Source: Bacteroidia bacterium (lineage in GTDB: Bacteria; Bacteroidota; Bacteroidia; Flavobacteriales; Flavobacteriaceae). Taken from it: a stretch of 64,000 nucleotides of DNA. The notes below the pieces were generated by a model that had not been told where the DNA came from, did not search any database, and was given only the letters and a program-made list of their open reading frames with translations. The number at the start of each line of letters is the position of its first letter. Position 1 is the first letter of the stretch. The translations under genes and the position numbers were made by a program. This document shows positions 1 to 8,082 of this stretch, piece after piece. Where the stretch lies: contig JBKHWE010000024.1 in the NCBI GenBank assembly GCA_046566705.1, positions 10,542-74,541 on the forward strand. Direction: 5' to 3'.

Positions 1-3
1 TGT

Positions 4-603
4 TCATGGTTTCATGTAGTTTAAAAAGTTAGCAATCAGTGTCGCATCTTTTATTTTGGGTGCCAGTTCAAACCGGCTGTTCAGGTCGTATCCTGCGAGT
101 TTCGGATGGATAAAGCTTTTTAATGTTTCCACGGAATCAGGGCCTATGCCACCACTCAGCAAAAAGGGCGTTTCACCTTTATAAGCTTTCAGTACCTGCC
201 AGTCAAATGCCTTACCCGTACCGCCATGTTTCGGGCTTTTGGTGTCGAACAGAAACATATCAGCCAGTCCTTCATAAGCATCAGTTTGTTTCAAATCTTC
301 TACCGAAGCAATGCCAAAGACCTTGATTATTTTAATATTCTTTGGCAGTTGCTTTACATATTCAGGTGTTTCGCTCCCGTGAAGCTGTACTGCATTTAAG
401 CCATGTTTGTTTACTTTCTCAATCACATATTCTAACGACGCATTTACAAACACGCCAACTTTTTTTTTGGCTGTAGCCAATGTACTTTCCGTATACCTCG
501 AAGAACCTTCATAAAAGATAAACCCAAGCATATCTACACCATCAAGTTTGGCAACAGCATGGCTTTCGGCATTATCAGTCAGCCCGCAGACTTTAATAAT
601 CAT
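4..603 (-). CDS. trpF: phosphoribosylanthranilate isomerase
   Basis: 199 aa with N-terminal MIIKVCGLT typical of PRAI. Its start overlaps the trpC stop, and it is the last gene of the trp cluster inside the window. Confidence 0.9.
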   Translation of the reverse strand: MIIKVCGLTDNAESHAVAKLDGVDMLGFIFYEGSSRYTESTLATAKKKVGVFVNASLEYVIEKVNKHGLNAVQLHGSETPEYVKQLPKNIKIIKVFGIASVEDLKQTDAYEGLADMFLFDTKSPKHGGTGKAFDWQVLKAYKGETPFLLSGGIGPDSVETLKSFIHPKLAGYDLNSRFELAPKIKDATLIANFLNYMKP

Positions 604-1370
604 GGCTTCAGGTTTTTGGTAAGTTGTGCCAAATGCCCTTCGCGCAATATACTTTCGCCAATAAGGGCTCCGTGGAAACCTGCCGCTTTTAGCAATGCAA
701 TATCTTCGGGTGTTTTAATCCCCGATGCCGAAATCAGCGGTATGCCTTTCGGTAATATAGGCGCCAGGTCAAATGAATGTTGCAATGTTGTTTGCTGTGC
801 CTTAAGGTCGCGGTTGTTCACGGCTACCATATCTACCTCAGGCGGAATAAACCCAACTTCCTCACGGGTGTGTACTTCATACAACACCTCAAGCCCCATA
901 TTACGGGCAACGTTTGTCAGGTAATTGGCTTCTTCAGGTTGCAGTACCGCACCTATGAGCAGCACCGCATCCGCTCCCGCGGCTTTGGCTTCGTAGAGTT
1001 GTATATCATCTATAATGAACTCTTTGCGCAACAGCGGAATGTTCACTACCTCACTGGCTTCAATGAGGTCGTTTATGCTACCCCCAAAATACTTTTCATC
1101 AGTCAGTATTGAAATCCCCGAAGCACCGTTTTGTTCGTAAAAGCGTGCCTGTCCTGTAATATTCACATCCGTTTTAATATCGCCACCACTGGGTGATTTT
1201 CGTTTAATCTCTGCAATGATGCCAAAGTTTGCCGAGCGTATATATCCTGATAATGAAAGCGGCTTTTTATGAAACCCGGGGGTCTCGGTAAAGCTTTCTA
1301 TGGTACGTTGTTGTTTCAGCAATTCAACCTCTTTACGCTTATTGGCTACTATTTCTTCAAGTACATTCAT
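600..1370 (-). CDS. trpC: indole-3-glycerol phosphate synthase
   Basis: 256 aa with an IGPS-like GIIAEIKRKSPS motif. It has ATGA-type overlaps with both trpD and trpF. Confidence 0.9.
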   Translation of the reverse strand: MNVLEEIVANKRKEVELLKQQRTIESFTETPGFHKKPLSLSGYIRSANFGIIAEIKRKSPSGGDIKTDVNITGQARFYEQNGASGISILTDEKYFGGSINDLIEASEVVNIPLLRKEFIIDDIQLYEAKAAGADAVLLIGAVLQPEEANYLTNVARNMGLEVLYEVHTREEVGFIPPEVDMVAVNNRDLKAQQTTLQHSFDLAPILPKGIPLISASGIKTPEDIALLKAAGFHGALIGESILREGHLAQLTKNLKP

Positions 1371-2350
1371 GATGCTATCTTTTTTAGGTGATGGATGGCG
1401 GCACCGGTTCTCACGGCTTCGTAACCTTTGGCAAAAGCCGTTTCGAAATCCATTCCCGGATGGAAGGTTTGCAAGGCAAGGCCTACGTTACCCGCCAATA
1501 CTATATTTTGTGGTTCTGTTCCCTTACCTGAAAGTAAATTTGCCAGCAAGGTTGCGGCTTCTTCCACGGTTTCGCCACCGCTTATTTCAGGCAATGAAAT
1601 GTTTTTTTCCAATGGATTGTTTCCTAAAAGTACATCACGTTGTTGCCCTAGAATTCGGGTTACCCCAATGAACGTCAGCTCATCAAAACCATCCATACCA
1701 TGAAGTACGGTAAACTCCTTGCGTTCGTTCCGTAATGTATGCTGGTACTGTCGTGCGAGTTCCAGGCTATACGTACCGGTAAGCTGGTGCGTAGGATGCG
1801 CCGGGTTTACCAGCGGCCCCATGCTGTTAAAGAATGTAGCAATGCCCAGTGCCTTACGTAACGGTGCCACCGCCTTAAGTGCCGGGTGAAACAACGGTGC
1901 ATGCATAAAACAAATGTTGGCTTCGTCAAGCTGGCGTTGCAGGCTATCGCGGTCGTTTACAAAGGTGTAACCAAGTGCCTCCAGTACGTTGCTCGACCCG
2001 CACAGCGAACTCACACCGTAGTTACCGTGCTTCACCACTTTATACCCTAAGGATGCCATTACAAATGCCGTAGCCGTAGAAATATTAAACGTATTCTTGC
2101 CATCGCCACCCGTACCGCATACATCTATGCTGTCGCCTATATCAAACTTCATGGGCAAAGCAAGTTCGAGCAACGCCTCACGGAACCCCATGAGTTCATC
2201 CAGTTGAAGCCCGCGCATTTGTATGCCGGTAACCAGGGCTACGGTCTGGGCATCGTTTACCTCGCCGTTGCCTATAGCAAGCATACATTGGTGCGCCTCG
2301 GCTTTGGTAAGGTGGTTATGGTGTATTATTTTTTCGAGTATTGTTTTCAT
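1367..2350 (-). CDS. trpD: anthranilate phosphoribosyltransferase
   Basis: 327 aa with the CGTGGDGKNTFNIST glycine-rich motif of TrpD, in trp operon context. Confidence 0.92.
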   Translation of the reverse strand: MKTILEKIIHHNHLTKAEAHQCMLAIGNGEVNDAQTVALVTGIQMRGLQLDELMGFREALLELALPMKFDIGDSIDVCGTGGDGKNTFNISTATAFVMASLGYKVVKHGNYGVSSLCGSSNVLEALGYTFVNDRDSLQRQLDEANICFMHAPLFHPALKAVAPLRKALGIATFFNSMGPLVNPAHPTHQLTGTYSLELARQYQHTLRNERKEFTVLHGMDGFDELTFIGVTRILGQQRDVLLGNNPLEKNISLPEISGGETVEEAATLLANLLSGKGTEPQNIVLAGNVGLALQTFHPGMDFETAFAKGYEAVRTGAAIHHLKKIAS

Positions 2351-2468
2351 TTTGTTTTTATAACACGGAGTTTCACAGAGGAGTCACAGAGGAGTCACAG
2401 AGATACACGGAGCTATTATAGAGGATTTCTCTGTGCATCTTCGTGCCTCCGTATAACTCTGTGGAATT
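2351..2468. repeat. word-hairpin intergenic element inside the trp operon
   Basis: CACAGAGGAGT occurs three times with an 11-nt period at 2374-2406, flanked by CACGGAG words. An inverted arm CTCTGTG..CTCCGT..CTCTGTGG lies at 2429-2464. Confidence 0.7.
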
Positions 2469-3056
2469 TTATTCGTAATTCGTAATTGAAAATTTCTCAC
2501 GTATCCAGTTCTCTATAATCTGCCTGCCTTGTGGTGTGAGTACCGATTCCGGGTGAAATTGTACGCCACAGGTAGGGTGCAATGTGTGGCGCAACGCCAT
2601 TACGGTACCGTCCTCGGTTTGTGCCGTGATTTTTAAATATGAACTATCGGCAGGGGTTATTTTCCAACTGTGGTAGCGGCCTACCGCAAGGGTCTGTGGC
2701 AGGTTCTCAAACAGCGGATCGTACGTTAAAACGGTCATATCGGTAGCTTTACCATGCACGGGAGCAGGGCATTGTTCCAGAACACCGCCAAAAACCTCAG
2801 CTATAGCCTGATGCCCCAGGCATACGCCCAGTATTTTCTTTTTACCCGAATACCGTTTAATTACGTTCAGCAATTCGCCCGCTTCGCTGGGTATGCCCGG
2901 GCCGGGAGAAAGCAGCAGGGCATCGCAGGTATCAAGTTCGTCGTAATCTATTTCGTTATTGCGTTGTACGATAACCTCAACATTGTCGGTTTCGCGTACG
3001 TAGCGCACCAGGTTGTATACAAAGGAGTCGAAATTATCTATTATACCTATTTTCAT
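2469..3056 (-). CDS. trpG: anthranilate synthase component II (glutamine amidotransferase)
   Basis: GATase1 motifs GVCLGHQAI and QFHPES are present. I chose the ATG at 3056 (MKIGIIDNFDSF) rather than the track start at 3125, which would overlap the trpE stop. Confidence 0.88.
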   Translation of the reverse strand: MKIGIIDNFDSFVYNLVRYVRETDNVEVIVQRNNEIDYDELDTCDALLLSPGPGIPSEAGELLNVIKRYSGKKKILGVCLGHQAIAEVFGGVLEQCPAPVHGKATDMTVLTYDPLFENLPQTLAVGRYHSWKITPADSSYLKITAQTEDGTVMALRHTLHPTCGVQFHPESVLTPQGRQIIENWIREKFSITNYE

Positions 3057-3090
3057 AGTCGAAAGTCTTAAAGTCAAAAAGTTTTTAAAG

Positions 3091-4476
3091 TTATTTAGCC
3101 GATGAATCAGCGGCCGCAATGGCACGGCGTACCGCGCCGAGTTTGTTGTGTACCTCCTGCAGTTCGTTTTCGGGTTTGCTGTCTATGACCACACCCGCTC
3201 CCGCACGGTAGTGCAGGGTATTATTTTGGCTGAAAATACTGCGGATGACAATGGCCAGATTAATGTTGCCGTTCGGGTTAATAAAACCAATCGCACCACC
3301 GTAATAATCACGTGGAGTACTTTCGTAGCGGTTAATGAGTTCCAGTGCCTTGGGCTTTGGCGTACCCGAAAGCGTACCCGCCGGAAATGTACCGGCAAAC
3401 AAATCAAGCGATGCATCGTCATCGCGCATTTCTCCCGCTACCTTGCTCACCAGATGTATTACATGCGAAAAATGCTGTACTTCTTTATAGGATGCTATAT
3501 GTACATTGTTGCAAAAACGGCTCAGGTCGTTACGGGCAAGGTCTACCAGCATGGTGTGCTCTGCGTTTTCTTTTTCATCATTCAGTAGGGCCTCGGTGCT
3601 GAGCTGGTCGGCTGCCGCGTTACCTGTTTTTCGCACCGTACCTGCTATGGGATGTATGGCAGCATGCCCGTTTTGCAGGCCTATCTGTGTTTCGGGGCTG
3701 CTGCCCATAAGGCGGTAACTTTCCATATCGGCATAGAAAAGGTAGGGCGACGGATTCAGCCTGCGCAACTGCCTATACACCTGGAAATCATCCCCAAAAA
3801 ACGCCTGCTCAAACGGGCGTGATACCACCAGTTGGAATACATCGCCACGATATATATGCTCTTTAGCCTTTTCTACCAAGGCAATGAAACCCTCATCAGT
3901 ATCCGGGCCCGTTTCCATTCCTTTGGTTTCAAAAGGTAAAAGCGTAAACGTCTGCCTTCTTAACAGCGCTTCAAAAGCACTGTCTGGCAGGGTTTCCTGT
4001 GAAAGTGAGTTCCGGAAAATAGTGCCTGAATCATGGAAATGATCCAAGACTATCAGGTATTCAAACAATATAAATTGGGCTAACGGGATTTTAGTATCCG
4101 ATGCTTTGGCATTGCCCACAGGCTCCTCAAAATGCGCGTATTCAAAACTGAAATAACTCAGGAACGCATTATGGTTATGTATTTCATCAAACTGAAAGTC
4201 ATTTAAAATCTCCTTTAACTGCGCGGTTACCTGCCTTGGGTTAGCAATATAAACTGTCGATTTTGTGCTGTTAATTTCGGTTACAATGCTATTATGCAAA
4301 ACCGTGATTTCTACTAATGGGTTAAGCCCAATGAAAGAGGTACTATCCGTACGCGAATGGTAGTCGTTACCCTCCAGCAGGCAGGGCTTACGGTAATGGT
4401 TGCGCAGGCCAAGGTACAGCCCTACAGGCGTGTAGAGGTCGGCATTAAAGGTGTATTGCTGTGTGTAAATTGTCAT
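3091..4476 (-). CDS. trpE: anthranilate synthase component I
   Basis: 461 aa with a chorismate-binding C-terminal region (GGAIGFINPNGNINLAIVIRS). It is the first gene of the operon. Confidence 0.92.
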   Translation of the reverse strand: MTIYTQQYTFNADLYTPVGLYLGLRNHYRKPCLLEGNDYHSRTDSTSFIGLNPLVEITVLHNSIVTEINSTKSTVYIANPRQVTAQLKEILNDFQFDEIHNHNAFLSYFSFEYAHFEEPVGNAKASDTKIPLAQFILFEYLIVLDHFHDSGTIFRNSLSQETLPDSAFEALLRRQTFTLLPFETKGMETGPDTDEGFIALVEKAKEHIYRGDVFQLVVSRPFEQAFFGDDFQVYRQLRRLNPSPYLFYADMESYRLMGSSPETQIGLQNGHAAIHPIAGTVRKTGNAAADQLSTEALLNDEKENAEHTMLVDLARNDLSRFCNNVHIASYKEVQHFSHVIHLVSKVAGEMRDDDASLDLFAGTFPAGTLSGTPKPKALELINRYESTPRDYYGGAIGFINPNGNINLAIVIRSIFSQNNTLHYRAGAGVVIDSKPENELQEVHNKLGAVRRAIAAADSSAK

Positions 4477-4488
4477 AGTTACGGGTAT

Positions 4489-4523
4489 AAAAAAAACGGC
4501 TTGCCAAAAGTGACAAGCCGTTT
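4489..4523 (-). terminator. intrinsic terminator of the trp attenuator
   Basis: On the minus strand, AAACGGCTTG .. CAAGCCGTTT forms a stem followed by T8, ending 12 nt before the trpE ATG. Confidence 0.7.
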
Positions 4524-4551
4524 ATATATGGTTATATAGGTATATACGTGT

Positions 4552-4626
4552 TTAGGCTACCGTCACGGAGTTGTGAAAGTGCCACCACCAGTTGTTGCTA
4601 ACTATATTTTGTGCTATCGAAATCAT
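4552..4626 (-). CDS. trp operon leader peptide (24 aa, MISIAQNIVSNNWWWHFHNSVTVA)
   Basis: Hand translation of the minus strand gives ATG..TGG TGG TGG..TAA. Three consecutive Trp codons sit upstream of a terminator and trpE. The ORF is too short for the ORF track. Confidence 0.7.
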   Translation of the reverse strand: MISIAQNIVSNNWWWHFHNSVTVA

Positions 4627-4698
4627 AGTTGCTAAATTAACGAAGTGGATTTTAATGTGCAAGAAGATTTTAGTAAAATCTATGTTAATGATTTTATC

Positions 4699-5382
4699 TT
4701 AGTCTAACGCGTAGCTGATGTTTACGTTGGCTGTAATGTCTATCTCCCCTACGGCAAGGGTTTCCTGCGCGCTGTCTGCCATTGCGCTTTTAAACGAAGC
4801 CATACGTACTACCGGGTAGTAGGTTTGCGAATTATCGGTAACCATAAGGGCTTTACCCAGTTTTTGTCCCAGTGCCTTGCTGTAATCATCTGCTTTTTTA
4901 CGGGCATCGGCTACGGCCTTGGCACGGGCTTCGCTCTTGTACTGCTCCTCTTTACTGGTTTTAAAGGTAACACCGTTTATGGTATTGGCACCGGCATCCA
5001 TAACACCCATAATTAGCGCATCGTACTTGCTAAGGTCGCGCAGGTGTATGCTTATGGTTTGCGATGCTGTGTACTGGTATTTTTTCTTTTCGGTTTCGTA
5101 GCGGTTCAGGCTTACGCGCTCGGTCTGGTAATCTTTCGGGTCCAGCTTCTGCCCTTTCAGGTATTTCAGTATAGCATCAATAGCCGCGTCGTTGGCTTTT
5201 TTTACCGAATTTGCGTCGCTTCCTGTATTGGTTACGCCAAGGGTTATTTCGGCCTCATCGGGCACTACTTTTACTTTACCCTCACCGGTTACATTTAGTT
5301 GCGGAGGAGTGTTTTGCTGTACCTGTGCAAATCCAAATGCTGTGGTAGCGGTAAGTACAAGGGCTAATAAAATCTTTTTCAT
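4699..5382 (-). CDS. SIMPL/DUF541 family periplasmic protein
   Basis: 227 aa with a signal peptide (MKKILLALVLTATTAFGFAQ). Overall similarity to BP26/SIMPL-type proteins is by recollection. Confidence 0.7.
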   Translation of the reverse strand: MKKILLALVLTATTAFGFAQVQQNTPPQLNVTGEGKVKVVPDEAEITLGVTNTGSDANSVKKANDAAIDAILKYLKGQKLDPKDYQTERVSLNRYETEKKKYQYTASQTISIHLRDLSKYDALIMGVMDAGANTINGVTFKTSKEEQYKSEARAKAVADARKKADDYSKALGQKLGKALMVTDNSQTYYPVVRMASFKSAMADSAQETLAVGEIDITANVNISYALD

Positions 5383-5434
5383 AGTATTTTTTGTTTATGT
5401 TATTTCTTACAGTAAGCCAAAATCCGTGCCAGTT

Positions 5435-6067
5435 TTAGAGCTTGCCCATTTTGTACAATACAAACAGTAGTATTATGGGCACGGCCAAAACGATAACCAG
5501 CCAGGTTTCGGTATAGAACAATTCGGGTACACGGCACAGTGTAAGGACATAACCGCCTACGGCACCGCCAAAGTGGGCGGTATGGCCTATGTTGTCCCTG
5601 CGGGAACGCATGCCGTAGATAGAGAACAACATATACAGCAGCCCGAATATCCAGGCCGGGATAAAGAAGTTTATCTTCGCTTCGGGTTCCAGAAGTACGG
5701 CCGAAAACACCACACCCATTACCGCGCCCGATGCACCCAGTGCCCTGTAGCTGTATTCATTTTTGTGCAGGTACAGCGTAAGCAGGCTGCCACTGAGCAG
5801 GCTGCCTATATACACCAGCAGGAACCAAACGTCACCGAGATAGGCCAATACAAGCGGCGCGAAAAAGTAAAGCGTAAGCATATTCAGTATAAGGTGCTGC
5901 ATATCGGCATGGAGAAAACCACTGCTAAACATACGTATCTGCTCGCCTGCGCGAATGCTCCCCACATGGAAATCATACTTGCGTAAAAAATGGAGGTTGT
6001 TAAAGCCTTTATAGCTAACGACCGCGTTAATGGCTATTAAGGCGATGAGTGCAATATCTAAATTCAT
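5435..6067 (-). CDS. rhomboid family intramembrane serine protease
   Basis: 210 aa polytopic protein with GASGAVMG (catalytic Ser) and HFGG (His) motifs. Confidence 0.8.
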   Translation of the reverse strand: MNLDIALIALIAINAVVSYKGFNNLHFLRKYDFHVGSIRAGEQIRMFSSGFLHADMQHLILNMLTLYFFAPLVLAYLGDVWFLLVYIGSLLSGSLLTLYLHKNEYSYRALGASGAVMGVVFSAVLLEPEAKINFFIPAWIFGLLYMLFSIYGMRSRRDNIGHTAHFGGAVGGYVLTLCRVPELFYTETWLVIVLAVPIILLFVLYKMGKL

Positions 6068-6181
6068 TGTCCGTTTTATTTGATGCTGCGAAATAATAAA
6101 ATTTTGAGCTTTTTGCTAAAAAATACGAAGATAAATTTACAATAAAATATTAAAGCTATATTTACCAAAATTTTAAGCTTA

Positions 6182-7081
6182 ATGCAAAGACTCGCGTACA
6201 TTATTGCCTATCCGTTAATATGGGGGATTTCTATACTCCCGTTCCCGGTACTCTACTTTTTTTCAGACTGTATATATGTACTGGTATACCACATTATAGG
6301 CTACCGTAAAAAAGTGGTACGCGAAAACATGAAGCTTGCCCTGCCGAACCTTACCCATAAGGAACAACGAAAGATAGAGCGTGAATTTTACCACCATTTT
6401 TGCGACAGCTTCCTGGAAATGATGAAGACCATGGGCATGTCGCTGGACGAGGTATGCAGGCGTTTCAGGCTTACAAATCCTGAAGTATTACAGCAATTTG
6501 AAAAAGAAGGAAAAAGCGTAGCCATACTCACCGCGCACTATGCCAACTACGAATGGATACTGGGCCTGAGCAAACACCTTACTACCTTTGTGGGCTTCGG
6601 GATTTACAAGCCTATTAAAAACGTGTATTTTGACCGCCTCGTACGAAAAATCCGTGGCAAGCTTAAATCAGAACTGATAGGCATACGCGATGTAATACCC
6701 ACCATGCGCAAAAACGTACGCGACGGCAAGCACGGCTTTTACGGTTTTGTTACCGACCAGAGTCCCATGCTGAGTTCGGCCATACACTGGGGGAAATTCT
6801 TCGGGCAGGAAGTACCCGTACAGATAGGCGGCGAGATGCTTGCCAAGAAAATAGGCCTGAACGTGGTTTATGCCAAAATAGAAAAAGTAAAACGCGGCTA
6901 CTATGAGTGTACCTTTATAAGGGTGGAAGGCGACATTACGAAAGTACCTAACTTTGAGGTAACCGATAATTTTATGAAAATGCTGGAAGAGCAGATTATA
7001 AAAGCGCCTGCTTACTACTTATGGACACATAAACGCTTTAAACACTGTAAAAAAGAAGAGGAAACAGGTTGCTGCCCGTAA
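6182..7081 (+). CDS. lipid A biosynthesis (LpxL/HtrB-type) acyltransferase, copy 1
   Basis: 299 aa with an N-terminal TM segment and lysophospholipid/lauroyl acyltransferase family resemblance. It is paralogous to the next gene. Confidence 0.7.
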   Translation: MQRLAYIIAYPLIWGISILPFPVLYFFSDCIYVLVYHIIGYRKKVVRENMKLALPNLTHKEQRKIEREFYHHFCDSFLEMMKTMGMSLDEVCRRFRLTNPEVLQQFEKEGKSVAILTAHYANYEWILGLSKHLTTFVGFGIYKPIKNVYFDRLVRKIRGKLKSELIGIRDVIPTMRKNVRDGKHGFYGFVTDQSPMLSSAIHWGKFFGQEVPVQIGGEMLAKKIGLNVVYAKIEKVKRGYYECTFIRVEGDITKVPNFEVTDNFMKMLEEQIIKAPAYYLWTHKRFKHCKKEEETGCCP

Positions 7082-7168
7082 ATTTTTTTCCCTAAAAATA
7101 CCCTTTGATTTCGGTAGCATAAGGGTGTGTAAAACACCTCCATTTTATTTGGCTATCGAATAAAATAT

Positions 7169-7176
7169 TATCTTTG
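7169..7176 (+). promoter_or_regulatory. Bacteroidota -7 box TATCTTTG
   Basis: Matches TAnnTTTG 22 nt upstream of the ATG at 7198. A TTTG lies at 7148-7151 as a possible -33 element. Confidence 0.4.
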
Positions 7177-7197
7177 CATTAATATTTTCATCACCTA

Positions 7198-8076
7198 ATG
7201 CAACGACTTGCCTACATACTGGCATATCCCCTAATCTGGTTTATTTCTATATTGCCTTTCCCGGCACTGTACCTGTTATCAGATATGGTGTATGTGCTCG
7301 TGTACTACATTATTGGCTACCGTAAAAAAACGGTACGCGAAAACTTTCAATTGGCCCTGCCCCATCTTACCCCTCAGGAAAAACACGTATTAGAAAAACG
7401 TTTTTACCATCACTTTTGCGACAGCTTCCTGGAAATGATAAAAACCCTAAGCATTACCGATAAGGAAATTAACCAGCGTTTTGTATTTACCAATTTTGAA
7501 GTGATTGACCAGCTTGAAGCCGAAGGTAAAAGCGTATCGGTACTCATAGGGCATTACGCCAGCTACGAATGGCTGCTGCTTATGCATACACGCCTGGAAA
7601 AGGGTTACAAAGGCTACGGGATTTACAAGCCTATTAAAAATGTGTATTTTGACAATCTTGTAAGAAAAATGCGCAGCCACTTTAATGCCGAACTATTAGG
7701 CATTAAGGAAGTAATACCTACCATGAGGCACAACAACCGCACCGGCGAAAAAGGCTTTTATGGTTTTATAACCGACCAAAGCCCTATGCTGAGTTCGGCC
7801 ATACACTGGGGGAAATTCTTTGAACAGGAAGTACCTATACAAATAGGCGGCGAAATGCTTTCTAAAAAGCTGGGGCTTAATATGGCCTATGCCAAAATAG
7901 AAAAAGTAAAACGCGGTTACTACGAATGCACCTTTATAAAGGTAGAGGGCGACATTAAACAGATTCCCAACTACGACGTAACCGACGGTTTTATGCGCAT
8001 GCTGGAAGACCAGATACGTAAAGACCCGGCCTACTATCTATGGACACACAAACGCTTTAAACACCGCCGTAATTAA
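7198..8076 (+). CDS. lipid A biosynthesis (LpxL/HtrB-type) acyltransferase, copy 2
   Basis: 292 aa, collinear with copy 1 over its full length (MQRLAYI.AYPLIW.ISILPFP ... YYLWTHKRFKH). Confidence 0.7.
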   Translation: MQRLAYILAYPLIWFISILPFPALYLLSDMVYVLVYYIIGYRKKTVRENFQLALPHLTPQEKHVLEKRFYHHFCDSFLEMIKTLSITDKEINQRFVFTNFEVIDQLEAEGKSVSVLIGHYASYEWLLLMHTRLEKGYKGYGIYKPIKNVYFDNLVRKMRSHFNAELLGIKEVIPTMRHNNRTGEKGFYGFITDQSPMLSSAIHWGKFFEQEVPIQIGGEMLSKKLGLNMAYAKIEKVKRGYYECTFIKVEGDIKQIPNYDVTDGFMRMLEDQIRKDPAYYLWTHKRFKHRRN

Positions 8077-8082
8077 CACCTT

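Noticed and set aside
2469-3125. Longer N-terminal extensions offered by the ORF track for trpG, the PduO-type transferase (to 34313), the M15 peptidase (to 52564), the delta-60 protein (to 55119), the porin (to 10901) and others
   Set aside because: The extensions overlap upstream genes or repeat elements, or precede obvious signal peptides or conserved N-termini. I chose internal ATG starts instead.
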